NCBI GenBank assembly: GCA_964106645.2
Contig: OZ067045.1
Length of the DNA stretch: 64,000 nt
Source: Podarcis pityusensis
Taxonomy: Eukaryota
Reading direction: 5' to 3' (one strand)
The notes beneath the pieces are model-generated. The model saw nothing but the letters and a program-made list of their open reading frames with translations, made no database searches and had not been told where the DNA came from. Positions within the stretch are counted from its first letter, which is position 1, and each line of letters begins with the position of its first letter. The position numbers were made by a program, and so were the translations under genes. This document shows positions 1 through 40,818 of this stretch, one piece after another.

Positions 1-2416
1 TTTTTTATTGTGTATTTATGATTATTTGCGCTCATTATGGTATTGGGGTGGTTATATGCAATATTACTTTCAATACTGTTTGCGCCTGCATAATTTTCAG
101 GTAGGGCATGTGGCCTTGTTTCCAGTCATGGCATGTTCTGTAACTTCTTGTTAAAACCCTCTGACTTTTTATACCAGCAAAGTTCTGGTTTGTGTGGTCC
201 TAGTAAGCCATATAGTTTAGCTCACCACATTGTGCAAACTAGACCAGAGTAATCCAACAACAACCATGACATATTTTCATTTACAGGCTATAGTTAAGGC
301 ACCAGGCTGGGTTTGCATATAATGCTAAAGCAAGGTTTATTAACTTAGATTTATTTAAACACAGCAGGGCTTATATTTGGCCCTGTTTAAATTTGGTGCC
401 AATTGCAAACTCCCACTTTCATCAGTGATTAACTCCAATTGGGAGCTCCCAAGCGGCACTCATAACAGCGGGGCTTCCATTGCGTGCCAGGTTTTTAAGC
501 TGCTGAATTGCAAAGCCACACTTGCAAAAGAACAATCAGGAACACACTCAGAAATTCCTGTTGTTCCTTTGCAACTGCGGCTTTACTTGCCCCACACCTG
601 ATGTCATATTTTGCCTGAATGGCAAGCCTTCTTTAATGCAAATCACCAAGATAACATTTTTTGTTATTGGGAAATATGTACATACTGTACATAAAATAAA
701 TAAAATGCATTTGGCGGCTTAGGAAATTTAGCAAGCGTTGCTGTCATCCATACACTTTCAAGATCCACATCTCTAAACAGCCCGATTTGTCTCCTTTGAT
801 TCTCACCAGCCCCAGCTGTCAGCATTGCTTTTTGAAGAATCCTAAAGAGTAAGTAGTTTTCTGCTTTGAAAACTCTTCGCTTCCTCCAGTAGGTTCCCAG
901 ATGCTTTTACTCTGCCCTGCAGAGCTAAGGTGCTTTGCTGTTGCTCATTCTGTATCTCTCCCTCCACCCTGCTGAAAGGGGGGGGGGGCTTGGTCGAAGC
1001 ATGCTCAGCCTTTTGTGGGTAAACATTCAGAGGAAGAGGGTTTCCCAATTCAGGCATACTGCGTCCGCCACCTGTTGCAGGGCACCTGCTGTTGCGTTTC
1101 AAGGAATATGCAGAATTATGCTCAGTTGCATTCCATTAAAGTATCAAAATTCAATTTGCTGCCGTCTGTTTTGCAGTCTGTTCTGCCGTTGGTGGCAGAA
1201 GCTGCTGAACATTTACATAGTTGGAGCTAGGGTTGCCAGATGCTGGGTACAAACATCTTGGGGGGAGTGCTGTGGTCACATCCTGTTTGTGAGCTTCCAA
1301 AGGCTTACCTGACTTCTGCGGCCTGGAAACAGACCCCTTGACTAGATAGATGCTGATCAGATCCTGTAGGCATTTCCTAAACCTGACCTCTTGTATACAA
1401 GGCAGATCTCTAGCATGAGAGGTAGTGGGGTGCCAACATACCACCACTCAGGAAATTGCCTCGAGTTATTGCCGAATTACGGCCACAAGGGTTGTGTAGG
1501 GTGAAAGTGCCTATTTTAAGCTTCTAATCTTTATTTCAGAAGCAGTCTGATGGAGAACCAGCAGCCTCCCGACTGCAGTGGTTTAAATGAGTGCCACTAA
1601 ATTTGGAGTCTTGAATGTTCCCCGGCTTCACCACACAAGTGTTGATCTGATTATCTAGCCCGGAACATGTCATCAGGAGAACCTGAGAGTGGTCATAAGA
1701 ACACAAGAAGGAGGAGCCTGGCTGCTGGGTCTTATCTGATGCAGAGCCAGCAGTAATGCATAACCATTTGATTGGGTGGCAGGGGGGCTTTGTGCAGCAG
1801 CGATCCTTGCGTGCGGGCAGGACAAAAAGTCTATGAAATGTTGGAAGGTGTGTTATGTGGACCTCACTGCTGGGATCTCATGTGGTGACTTGGTTCACAC
1901 CCACCCACACCATGCATTTCAAGCACATGCCTTCCTGCAAAGAAAGCTGGGAGTTGTAGTTTAAGGGAATTGCAGCTCTGTATGTTCCCAGGATTCTTTG
2001 GGGGAGCCTTGTGCTTTAAATGTGGATGTGACTGTGTGTTTCTATTGATAACAGTGTCTGTGTGTGTTTAGATTGCTTTGGGGCTCGGGCTTAGTAAAAA
2101 GAAAAAGGTGGGGGGGGTGCGGAAAGCAGTTGATTCAATTAGCCACGCGTTCTTGAGTTACTTGACAGCCTTATGTAATTTTTGTCATAACAGCAATTTT
2201 CAAAGCAAAACCCTCCCTGATGCCAAATGTTTCTCTGCCCTGCTGCAACCTTTTTTATGTTATCCTCCACCTCCTACTCCTGCCCCCCCCCCCAGTCACT
2301 CACGGTTCCCATGACTTAAGTACATCAAGCGATTCCATCCTTCTCCCTCCTGCCTCACTCTCCCCCCCCCCCCCACTTCGGGCCTTTCCCATCTTGCTCA
2401 TTTGGCCTCGGTTTGA

Positions 2417-2420
<4 letters not shown>

Positions 2421-2448
<28 letters not shown>
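2421..2448. repeat. (TG)n microsatellite (others at 2808-2832, 12461-12496, 20978-21013, 39248-39281, 47088-47120)
   Basis: Read directly from sequence. Confidence 0.95.
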
Positions 2449-2449
<1 letters not shown>

Positions 2450-3052
2450 ATGCAGATACAGAATAACTGTGAGCATCTTTCCTTCCCCCCTGCCCCATTG
2501 TAAACTGGAAAGAATCACGGGTGTGGAACAAAAACTGAAAGAAGGGAGATCTTGTGACCAATTTGAAAGCACTCCCAGCTTCAGAGTCCTGCAGGCTACC
2601 CAGAGTTACATCTTTCCATTAGCAGATGCCATCGTGTATGGACAGAAAGTGCAACCCCCACCCCTTTAAAACCAAGCTGCCAGTGATGGAAGGGAACCTT
2701 GCACCCAGAACGTGCCCACACTTGTGGAAATATACTTTTTAACTGAATGCAGTTTGGTGGAAAAATAGCTGGAGGAGATTGCTCAACTTTTGCATCTCTT
2801 TTTCTAAGTGTGTGTGTGTGTGTGTGTGTGTGGTCAGACTGGAAGAACTCGGCTCTCTGCCTTTGGCCTTTAAAGTCAATAGAAAATAAGGTTTTCCCAG
2901 AGTTGCTTTGCCCAGAGTCTTGCTGAAACTTGGATGCTAAATTGACATTTGCACTGAGACTGTGTCCATCATATTCCCATTTTCTGCACACTGACTGCGT
3001 TTCCAGTGCTAGGTGGGTTTTTAATGCATGATCACAGGACATATGTATACTG

Positions 3053-3382
3053 TAAGGTCCAGTTAGGTCCAGTTGTGGACGACTCTGGAGTTGCAGCGCT
3101 CATCTCGCTTTACTGGCCGAGGGAGCCTGCATACAGCTTCCGGGTCATGTGGCCAGCATGACTAAGCCGCTTCTGGCAAACCAGAGCAGCGCACGGAAAC
3201 GCCGTTTACCTTCCCGCTGGAGCGGTACCTATTTGTCTCCTTGCACTTTGACGTCCTTTCGAACTGCTAGATTGGCAGGAGCAGGGACCGAGCAATGGGA
3301 GCTCACCCCGTTACGGGGATTCAAACCGCTTCCTTCTGATCATCAAGCCCTAGGCTCAGTGGTTTAACCCACAGCGCCACCC
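3053..3382 (-). mobile_element. Sauria SINE (Squam1-like), near full length
   Basis: Reverse complement of the 35600-35920 copy (gggtggcgctgtgggttaaacc...gagctccc...gtaaacggcgtttccgtgcgctgctctggtt). Confidence 0.85.
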
Positions 3383-4107
3383 TGTAGTTCGTTACAAAAA
3401 ACTATTGTTTGATGTGATGCTTCTCAAACAAGTTTCACTCTGATTGGAGTCCTTAAGCCCTGGGATCCTTAAGCCAGTTCCTATCTTCTCTAGACAAGAT
3501 GTAAACACCTTTGCATAGGGTAGAGATATCCCCTCCCATGCTCCCTGTGTGTGAACACAAACAGCAATGAATATGACACTATGAAGCCCTGCTGATGTGA
3601 ACAGCTAGGGGGGAAAGAGCTGGGAAATGCATTCACTGGCGGCTCTTAGGCAGTAATGTGAACACACTCTGAGATGGGGATTAGAGTCATCTGTGAACAC
3701 ACCAGAGATTACAAAATGTGCAAACTACTTCCTTTTTAAATGTAGTAGTTATTTAATCTTTTTGACTGCATGCTTCTAGTCCCCATGTTCACACAAAAAA
3801 CAGCATGGATAGTCTACAGCAAAAGAGTCAGAGAAAACAGTTGGCTTACATCAGACTTCCATTGGCCAGAGGATATAATAATAGTTCAACATGGGCCTCA
3901 GGCATTTACTGTGCCCCTCCCCATATTGTTACCCCTCCCCCTTTTAAAAATAAGTAATTAATCCGCTACTTCATGCAAACCAGTTTTGTCTGCTGGATTT
4001 CTCTACTCATCCCTTCTGCACTGTGAAGCTTCTAATGATACCAAGCCCATCCCTGCCTGCATTCTGCAAGCCTCATGGACCCTTCTTCTGGGTATAAACA
4101 GCAAATA

Positions 4108-4348
4108 CAGTGGTACCTCAGTTTATGAACTTAATCTGTTCCAGAAGTCCGTTCTTAAACTGAAACCATTCTTAAACCGAGGCGCACGTTCCCTAATGAG
4201 GCCTATCGCCACTGGTGCCCTTCCACTGTTTGGATTCCGTTCTTAGACCGAGGTAAAGTTCGCAAACCAGGACACTACTTCCGGTTTTGCAGTGTTTGTA
4301 AACCAAATAGTTTGTAAACAGGGCTGTTCTTACACCAAGGTACCACTG
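4108..4348. mobile_element. Tc1/mariner-pogo-type MITE, family A (TIR CAGTGGTACCTC, TA TSD)
   Basis: ta|cagtggtacctc...aaggtaccactg|ta. Confidence 0.85.
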
Positions 4349-6108
4349 TACTGTTATTGCTTAATTCTAGATGAGGGCCTTTAGCCCTATTTATGCAGTG
4401 CTTTCCCACAATTTTGTGGAAGTGAAATTAGAAGTTCGACGTAAGCATATAGTGCTAGATTATACTGCAATGGTGTTCCCCATGGCCAAGATCCCTTCTA
4501 TAATATTACTCATAAGCAAGTTCCATTTAGCAAATGTCCTTTCTAATGTTAATTAAAAGTTTCCTGCATTCAGTTTTTATTTGATGTTTTTATTGTTTCA
4601 TGCTGAGCATGGCAATAAGATTAGTGGCAGATTTATTTCCCCTTAAAAGTTGTCTCAAAATTGCCCACCCCATGGGCAAGGGAAGAAAGCTTTAATTACA
4701 ATTTTTCTAGTTAAATAGTCCCCCTTCCTTGGGAAGAGAAATGAACTCTGGGAGGCTGTATTAAAAAGGCTATTCATGGCAGGCAATTAATAGGACATTC
4801 CTCACTAGTTTTACTGCCACACTGAATGCAAAGCAATAAATTACCTGAGACTGCAAACAGGAAGTGTTTAATTAAAGCTATAGTAGCCATTAAGAGTCAT
4901 CAACACTTGTCTGCACAAAACAAAATTGTGCAGCAGCTGTATTTTACTACCCCAAAATTGCCACAAATCTGGCCTGAGGGGAGACCACAACAGAACACCA
5001 CAAAACTGGCTGATCGTGACATTAACTGGGAACTCCGTAAAAAGTGAGTAAACAAAGGGTGGCAATTCTAGGAGGAAGGATTAGCTCAGAAGCAATCTGC
5101 CTTCCTCCCTCTTCTCCAAAACCCACTATTTTTGCAATCTGAATAGGTTGTGCTAAGGTAGCTGAGTGATGACGTTTCTCCCTCCAGCTGCATAATTGGG
5201 GCGAGATGCAGAATTTAAGGCAAGTGCTTTATTGGCCAGGTGCACCAACAGTGTCTGCTGTGATCAGTTTTTGGAACCTTGTACCAAAGTCACATGCTGT
5301 GTTTCTGAAAACGGTAGTTACTTACAAAGAATATTCCTGTTTGAGCTTGCAGACTGACTCTACTATGGTCTTGCCATCAATGTGTCCTTATGCAGCAGGT
5401 GCCAAAGGAGACACATCTCTGTGTCTGTCTGTGTACATGTTCAGTCTTTGCCAGTGTTCTAGCTATATGGACAAAGAACAGGATATTGGTGAATCTGGAG
5501 CTGGAAGTTCTTACAAGAGCCTACAGTTACAGATAGTGGTGTAGGTACGGACCTACTAAACTGTCTTATACTGAGTTAGGCGTTTGTTCATCTGTGCTGA
5601 CTGCCGGTGAGTCTCCAGAATTTCAGGAAGGAATCCCTCCCAGCCTTGGCTGCGGATTGAACCTGGGACTTTCTGTATGGAGAGCATGTGCTCTGACACT
5701 GAGCTATGGCCCTTCCCCAGAGTAGGGCAGAGATGGGATAAAGCACAGCCACTTATTTCACATCAAGAACAATGATGTCATCTCCCAGGGCACTATTTGC
5801 CAATCCTCTGAATGCCAAATATTGGGGCTGGGGTGGGGACCTAGCCAAAGAAACACATCAGAATAAAATTAAGGGAGAGTTGTGGTTCGCTGACAGAGCA
5901 TCTGTCAGTGCCTGCTCACCCCCCCCCCCCGCCCAGGAACTCACCAGTTGGAGTGGTGAGGACAGCATAAAGTGGGGGTGGGGACTGGAAAGCTCAGTAG
6001 TAGGGATGCAAGTTGCTAATGGGAGGGGAGGAGGCAAGATCAGATGAGGAGCAGGGCTGTGTGTGCGTATGAGAGAGGAGAGCATGTGGAATAGTTACAC
6101 CCACTGCG

Positions 6109-6520
6109 AGGGATGAGGGAGAAATCCGATTCAGTTTACATTTGAAGGAATTTATATTTAGCTAATTTGCACTTCTGAAACAATATGCAAACCGAAACAC
6201 CGCTGTCCTTCAGAATTCTCTGATTTTTCTGCGCAGTTCTGTAGCCAAATAAAGTGTACAGAATGCTTATACTGAGGTAAAGTATGCACAAAATGCGTAT
6301 ATTCTTGGAAATAGGATACAGTAATGGGGAAATTGCTTTGCGAAAATTGTATAATGGGGGAAATTGCAAATATTTGGAGAAATTCACATTAGAATGCTGG
6401 TGAATTTTCTTTGGGACTTAAAAATAATAATCCCAAACTCAAGTGGAAGTGTGGAGAACTCTTAAGACTTGAACATGAGAAAACAGAGAGAAATAAACAT
6501 GGACAGATCCAACCATCCCT
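6109..6520. mobile_element. Putative non-autonomous DNA transposon
   Basis: Ends agggatg...catccct; AT-rich interior with repeated ggggaaattgc motifs. Confidence 0.45.
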
Positions 6521-8250
6521 CACTTCCCTGCTGGCATGTGGCCCGCAGAGCGTTAGCTGACGGGATATGTGGCCCTCGGGCCAAAAAAAAAAGTCCACTA
6601 CCCATGATGTAGAGACAATACCAATGGCTGGACTTAGTGTAATTGCCTTCCTAAAATTAGCAGCTTGGAAAAGAAAGCCTGTTGCACAGTGGCAGAAGGC
6701 CATCAGAGAAGGGCCAAGTCCATCCTCTCTCAACAGAGACGTGGCTGCAGAAACAGCTGTCTTCAGCAGACCCTGCCAAATGTCATTCGGAAGTTTCTGG
6801 GAAGAGTCATGGTGGGCTTTCTTTTTGCAGTCCTGCTTCTTTCCCCCACTTCTTCAGGCAGCAGTGACGTTTCCCCAAGACCTGCCCCCCAAATCACCTG
6901 GATACTCTGCAGCAGCTGTGGCATGGGCCTTAATTAACATGGATTGGAAGAACGGCTTTGTTAGTCAAAACATTAATTACGATAGCGCAGGAAAGCCCAC
7001 ACCACCACCCCTGCTTGGCATTCCTGGGTGGCATGATTAAACTGAGTTGGCTGTGGAAGAGCAGCAGAATGAAAAGGAAATTTGTTAATGCCATTTGAAA
7101 TAAACTTGCAGCGCTCTTTGGAATCGATTTCTCAAACGCTCTGGGGTCTAGTTGTCTCCAGATCTCCTTGCCAACCGCCATCCCTTCCATACTTGCCACT
7201 CGGTTGTTCTCCTCCGCCGCTCCCCCCCCCCCATTTCCACCTCCCTCTCTCTTTACTTTCTGTCTGCTGAGGTCCCTTTGTCTCGTGCATGGAAATGCAC
7301 CATCCATCATTACCCAACGGAGCAATTCTGTTGACTGTGCAACTTGTAGCTGCTAATTACACAATGCAGAGATGGTTAAAGGTTTAAAGGAATGGCGGGG
7401 GGGATTGGGGATAGCAGAAAATATACAGCATTTTCTGTTGGCTGCATGTCTCTTGCCAGAGAGGAAGGTGGTGGGGCCAGAGTTCAGAAGCAGAGCACAA
7501 GCTTCATGAGCATACGGTCCCTGGTTCAATCCTGGGCACCTCGAGTCTTAAGAAAGGAACAGTGGGCAGGTGATGAGCAAGACCAGGAGGGCGCCGTCAG
7601 GGAGTCCACTCAGCTCTGCTCCTAAGACACTGTTACATCTTCTTCACGCAGGGCATGAAGCTGTTGTGGAGTTGGTCCCCACAGGAGACAGTGATGGCAA
7701 CCAACCTATATGGCTCTAAAAGAGGATCAGACAAAATGCATGGAGTGTTGGAGGTGTTACGTGGCTGGGGCAACTCTGTCAGATGGGCAGGGTGCAAATA
7801 AAAAAAAATTCATTATAAAAATTGTTATGTCTCTGAATATCAGTTGCTGGGTATCTCAAGGGGGTCAGTGGTTTGAGATGAGATTTTTGGGCTAGATGAG
7901 CCTTTAGCCTGATTCAGTAGATCCCTTCCTGGGCTCTGAAGCTCTTACCTTTCTCACCACCCCCTTGTATAGTTGCTTTTAACTGCTTGTCTTTTGTTTC
8001 TATCTTACGTTTCGTGAGTTATAATCACTTTTATCCCTTTCCTCTTTTTAAGTCTTATGTGCTTTATTTTATTAGCATGTTTTTATCTTATACTGGTCTG
8101 TGACCGTAATAAAGTTTGGTGATGGTACCTCTCTGAGGCCCAAGGCCCGAGAAAGCCCCTTCTAGTGAAGGCTGCACTATAGTGGGCTTCAGGGGACTGA
8201 TAGAATGAGGCTCCCTAGGGTGTTTCCGTGTGACGCTTTGCTACTGCTCC

Positions 8251-8730
8251 TAATAATAATAATGATAATAATAATAATTTTTTATTTATACCCCACCCAT
8301 CTGGCTGGGTTTCCCCAGCCACTGTGGGCGGCTTCCAACAAAATATTAAAATACAATAGTCTGTCAAACATTAAAAGCTTCCCTAAACAGGCTGCCTTCA
8401 GATGTCTTCTAAAAGTCTGGTAGTTGTTCTTCTCTTTCCTCTTGTGGGAGGGCGTTCCACAGGGTGGGTGCCACTACTGAGAAGGCCCTCTGCCTGGTTC
8501 CCTGTAACTTTGCTTCTCATAGTGAGGGAACCACCAGAAGGCACTCGGCGCTGGACCTCATCAGGGCTGAGGGATGGGGGTGGAGACGCTCCTTCGGGTA
8601 TACTGGACCGAGGCCGTTTAGGGCTTTAAAGGTTAGCACCAACACTGAATTGTGCTTGGAAATGTACTGGGAGCCAGTGTATGTTTTTCAAGACCGGTGT
8701 TAGGTGGTCTCGGCGGCCGCTCCCAGTCAG
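8251..8730 (-). mobile_element. L2 LINE 3' end with (TTA)n tail
   Basis: (TAA)n tail on plus strand followed by reverse-complement L2 3' motifs (gagaaggccct, gcgttccac). Same family tail in + orientation at about 49040-49195. Confidence 0.75.
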
Positions 8731-9211
8731 CAACATACATGAGAATTCTACAGGATTCTGGAAATGTAAAGACAGCACCCAAAGAGCCTACGAAGGCATT
8801 GTTAGAAACTCAGCTATATAAGCTAGGCATCAAATGGCACTTAAAACCTGGGTTATGCTTGCCACAGCAGAATGTCTATTCTCCAGGGGGTTGTGCTAGA
8901 TGGCCCTCGGGGTCCCTTCCAACGCTACAATTCTGTGATTCTATGATCTCAACTACATTGCTTGCCTATAGCTTGCACTTGTCCCAGTATGCACGAAGGA
9001 GAAACACACATAGTGGAAATGGAAATGGTATTAACTATGGACTAAGGCAGAGGTTTTTAAACTGGGTTGATGGAGATGACTGTCACCAGCCTGGCACCCA
9101 GAAATCTCCATGTAGTTGCAATTGGACCCGTGTCAGTGGTAAAATGCACCTGGCACCCAGGGAATTTCTAACACCGACTAAGCGCCAAATGACAGGGCTG
9201 ATACCAAAGTA

Positions 9212-9416
9212 AAGAGGTACCTCTGGTTACGAACTTACGGTAATTACGGAGGTCCGTTCTTAACCTGAAACCGTTCTTAACCTGAGGTACCACTTTAGCG
9301 AATGGGGCCTGCCGCTGCGCCGCTGGCACACAATTTCTGTTCTCATCCTGAGGTAACGTTCTTAACCCGAGGTACTACTTCCGGGTTAGCGGAGTTTGTA
9401 ACCCGAGGTACCACTG
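9212..9416. mobile_element. MITE family A
   Basis: ta|aagaggtacctc...gaggtaccactg|ta; interior is the reverse complement of the 31702 copy. Confidence 0.85.
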
Positions 9417-9901
9417 TATCTGGCCTGTTGAGATATAAAGCTGGGTGTGGGTGTGTTTCAGTTTTACACATGTAATAATTTGGGGGGAGGTTTCCAACAC
9501 ATTTCCCCCCCACACCTTGCTGGGTTGCTTTCATTCGTTTTCTCCCACCCCAGTTGCCTGTACTGCAGGGATAAAAAGTGTGTGAATTCTGTTACATGCA
9601 CTTGGGATGTGTATCACTTTGGAATAGGGACTGAAGATTGATGTTACAGGCTTCACTGAAACATGCATTTTGTGTTGGGGTCCAAAGGAACAAAGGGAAG
9701 TGATGTTCTACAGAAGGTGTTCTGGGACAGAGTTCCAGGCATAAGGGGAAGTACAGGAGAATGGGCAGAGTTGCTTGCAGGAAGTGAGGTTAGTTGAGTT
9801 GCAGGGATGAACCTCAGAAGAGCCTGGCTGCTGAATCAGACCAGAGGCCCGTCTAGCTCAGCATCCTGTCCTCACAGTGGCCAATCAGATGTCCCTATCT
9901 G

Positions 9902-10038
9902 CAGTGTTTCTCAAACTTGGGTCCCCAGCTGTTATTGAACTACAACTCCCACAATCCCTAGTTGGCAGGTCCGGTGGTCAGGGATGATGCGAACTGTAGT
10001 CCCAACAACAGCTGGGGACCCAAGTTTGAGAAACACTG
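9902..10038. mobile_element. Palindromic hAT-like MITE inserted in a CR1-like 3' UTR fragment (about 9817-10080)
   Basis: Near-perfect fold-back cagtgtttctcaaacttgggtccccagctgtt...aacagctggggacccaagtttgagaaacactg. Degenerate relatives lie near 21790-21920, 22120-22242, 42030-42170, 50870-50990 and 58500-58650. Confidence 0.8.
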
Positions 10039-11870
10039 CCCCCATGGGAAGCCCGCAAGCAGGACCCGAGTGCAACAGCAGGTCTTTCCACTTGCTCAGG
10101 GAGAAGGGATGCATCCAGATTGAAGAGCAGAGAGGATATATGTGAGGATGGGACAACCTCTTGCCTTAAAGGAGGATTCTCTGCAGGCAGCCACTCCAGG
10201 CTGTTTACAGCCAGAGTGATGATGGAGGGTTGTGACACAGAGATGCATGGGACAAAGGTGACTCAGATCAGGAATTCCTGCAAGCTGAGAAGCATGTTTA
10301 GCAAATTATCCTTGCTATGAAGCTCTGCAAGAAGAAGGCAGAAAACAGCAGCATAACAACTTAGTCACCGGTGAGCCCAGGCTGGGGGAATGCTCATTCC
10401 AAGAGCTCAGCATGGCAAATAACTTCTAAATATGAAAATAACTATCCAAGGCTAGGAGTTTGTGTTAACTGCTGTTCTTTTCTCTTTTTTTTAACGGTCC
10501 AGCTGGGCCTTCCAGATGTTTTGGGCTATTTGCCCCAGCCTGCACAGCTGGAGGACCCTAGGTTGGAGAAGACTGCTTTATTTTGCAATTTCCCTTAAGC
10601 TTTTTACATGACGTAGCTTTGAGGGGGTTTGATCTGATGGAGGAGCTTCTCTGAGTCGGAACACTTCCAAACCCCCACTTTTCTCATTCAAAAATAATGG
10701 CTTGATGCAGGATATTTGGTTTCCACTTGTTGCTCACCCCAGGTCTTTTTGTTGTCACTGTGTCCCCTCCCTTCCCCAGGACTTTTCTCTCCCTTCAATC
10801 TTGACCGCTAGCTGGCTGGCCTCACCTCACCCTCTCCCCTGCCTCTTCTTCATGCCTTCCATCCTGCAGGAGTCTGCAAGGAGCCTTCTTCAGCACAAGG
10901 CGGGGCAAGCATTTATAGCCTTCTTTTGTGGCTTCCGCCAGGTCTCACGCTGGACATTCTTGTTCCATTACTTAATTGTTGTCTGTGAAGGACTCTGTTG
11001 CTACGAGGGAGGTGTGTGTGTGTATGTTGGGGATGGCAGTGAATTATGTAACTGGAAGCAGGAGTGAATTGTTGACTCTTCCTGGTCCAGATCATGGGCT
11101 GGTCCAGATCGAGGGCACTTGGGGGCGGAGGGTGGCCGTGAGTTTCTCCCCCTACATGAACCAGCTAATAGAAAGTGTAAAATATTTGTAGAACCTGAGA
11201 TAGGAGGCACTATTATTCTCTCTCTCTCTCTCTCTCTCTTTCTCTTTCTCTCTCTCTCTTTTTGGCAAGAAACTATCCTGCGCCCCCACTTTTCAGTGCT
11301 TCTTTCTTTTGCACATGCATGCACACACAGACACCCTGGAAAAATTCCTGCGGGTGCCTGTGCTCCAGGCAGGGTGGGTGGGTAGAAGAATGGGGGCCCA
11401 CAGCTCCTTTGAAGTCCTCCATCTCCATTTAACAATCAGAGGAGGGAAGCTTGGAAACAGCCACCTCAGGAAATCTTACAGAAGCAAAAAGTGAACTGCA
11501 CTTGGTGTCAGGAGAGGGTTTTGTGTTTTGTGTTTGGCCTGCTGTGCAGATATTAGAGGTACAGGGACCCTATGGGGCGGGGGGGACAACCACCCTAAAG
11601 GTGGCAACTTTACGTAGGGCCCATAAAACGATACTTTGCTGCTTCATCTGAGTATGCCAGTTTCCGGGCCTGAGGGAGAAGGGGTCTTTGTGCCCTGCTG
11701 GCACTGTGCCCAGCTGCGATTGCTGTTTACTTTAAATGAGCTGTGCCTGGCACCCCTGCCTCAAGCTGTGAGGGGAGGGAGGGATCGCTTGCCTAACTCT
11801 GGAGAGCTTGCCTGAGAAGTATTCAGAGGGGATCTCCTCATAAGCCTTCTTCCCTCCTTCTGTCTTACAG

Positions 11871-38756
<26,886 letters not shown>

Positions 38757-39243
38757 AGCAGCGACGCCACCCTCCCCCACCCCAAAGGATGGGTGCAAAC
38801 AAGGTGCCAACTCCAGGCTAGCTCTAACCAGAAGATCAGCCCAAGGCTCTCCAACCTGCAAGGATCGAGGAGGTGTCAGGAGCCAGGCTGGGGGCGGCCC
38901 AGCCCCACGGACTCTTCTCTTTTCTCTTACTGTTCTCATTTTATGATTATGATTATTTTTTTAATATGCACCTTATCAGACTGACCCTCAACCCATAGCT
39001 CATCCCAGACGATATAATCACATAGTTATTTAACTGGCTGGGTACAAAGGATGTTAATAATGTACATAAACTTCAGTGTTAGCATGGGATTACGCAAGCA
39101 GTTACCTCTGTGGTATCGCTGCCCCAAAACATGTATTCATGGGAGATGCCTTTGGTGGGTTACTTTTTTTAAATGTGGGCTGAGTCATGGCAGGGGAGAT
39201 TGGATCCCTTGTACACGGTTGGGGTCTGTGTGCAAGAGTGTGC

Positions 39244-39282
<39 letters not shown>

Positions 39283-39565
39283 TGCCTGTTACAGCCAATG
39301 GAAAGCGTCTAGATTTCTAATTTAAACTCTCACTATTGGTCCCAGCCAGAATACCTGCAGGAGTGTGTGTGTGTGTGCACCATTAGCCACTCAACAACTG
39401 CCGTTGTCCTACACACTGTGCTTTTTTTGGGTGCTGCTGTTTCTGTGTGTGTATGTGTTTCGTGCGTGCGATGGCTGGGGCTGTGTTTCGCTCAGAGTCA
39501 TTGTGACAGTATTATGCATCTGAACAACCTTTTGTGGACAATAAAATGGAGAAATGGCAGGTGAC
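38757..39565 (+). other. MAP7D1: MAP7D1 3' UTR with poly(A) signal AATAAA at 39540-39545
   Basis: First AATAAA noticed downstream of the stop; cleavage site is estimated. Confidence 0.65.
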
Positions 39566-40706
39566 ATCTCTTCTTTGGGCTGAATGTTTACAGGCTGTGC
39601 TGGGTTTACCTGCTGGAAGGACTGGGACAGTAAGCAACCTCACGCCACCTCCAGGACAGTTTGCTCCTACAGTTTACAGTGGTTTGGAGCTATGGGGCAG
39701 TAGCCATGTTCTCCTTCCCAGGGCACTGGGATGGAGCAATACAGACCCTGGAGACACGTAGAGAGAAGCAGATGGAATAGTATGCACACAGCCTTAGTAA
39801 TTTTGGTGCTCTGGTGGTCAGTTTAGACAGTTACCAGAACCAAGTGGCTTTTCCTGAACAGTACCACTTCAGTATAAAGAGGAGAAGGAAGTGGAACTTT
39901 TCTGGAGTTTTCTGTGGGGGCGGGGAGTACTAAAAATACAAAAAGATACTAGTCTTGTCTCCTCCAAACTTTGGTCAAGAATCTTGAGTCTGGGATGGTG
40001 CTATGCAGAGGAAATCTCTCAATGGCTGGGCTGACCAGCAAGCAACCCCGGAGCGTCCCCATCTGCACACCTTATTTTCTCTTCTATAACTCAACAGCTG
40101 CCATTAATTCCTGTGGAGCAAAGTATAATAATGCAATGCACTGGAGGACAATGGTTCCTCCACTGCCAGGAGCATCATGGGGGCAGGGGAGAGAAAGCAA
40201 TGCCTCCGTTCTCAAGCGTAAGGCAACGTACAGTAAATAAATTGCATTAGACACACGAACCACAAACCTAACAATAAGCAGCACAAGAAAACCCAGACGA
40301 CCACCAACTGACTAAAAACCCATCAGAAGCTTGCTAGAGGAGGGGAGGGAGCTGCCACTTGCCAGACAGCCTGGCAGAGAGCCAGCGGGATCCCTAGAAA
40401 GAAATACCTAAAGAGAAGAAGCCACTGAAGTTTCACCTTTTCCTCCACACCTTCTGGAGGAATTGAAACCTGAGAAGCCCAAGTGGCTGAAATGGGGTGG
40501 GGGGTGGGAATTGTGTGCATGCAGCGTGGGTGTCGGGGAGAGCCCCCCTCCCACACATGTTGCAATTGGCAGAGGCTGCTGTCTGTTGATGGCCCTGCCG
40601 TCTCCTCCTGGGAACTTCTTAATATAGGGCTGCCAAAATATCAAAAAACAAATTACGGTTTTGAGCTATTTTTAGGAAATTTGCCAAAAATCTACACTTC
40701 TGACAT

Positions 40707-40818
40707 GGGTTGCCATACGTCCGGATTTTCCTGGACATTTTAGCGATTTTCCACCCGGGCACTGTTTTCGATGGCCAAATCCCTCTATGTCCAGGAAATT
40801 GCAGACATATGTCAACCC
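40707..40818. mobile_element. Short hAT-like MITE (TIR GGGTTGCCATACGTCCGG)
   Basis: gggttgccatacgtccgg...gcagacatatgtcaaccc imperfect inverted ends. Confidence 0.6.

Noticed and set aside
3540-3800. Cluster of tgtgaac(ac) motifs
   Set aside because: Irregular spacing; most simply a decayed repeat, with no further support.
10302-10370. 69-nt open phase 1-1 segment with CCG|gtgagc donor
   Set aside because: The acceptor has essentially no pyrimidine tract; likely chance.
1-11870. First coding exon or promoter of MAP7D1
   Set aside because: No CpG island and no convincing ATG plus phase-1 donor. Candidates at about 5467 (MDKEQDI, weak donor), 4826-5043 (wrong phase) and 11094 (wrong phase) are unsupported.
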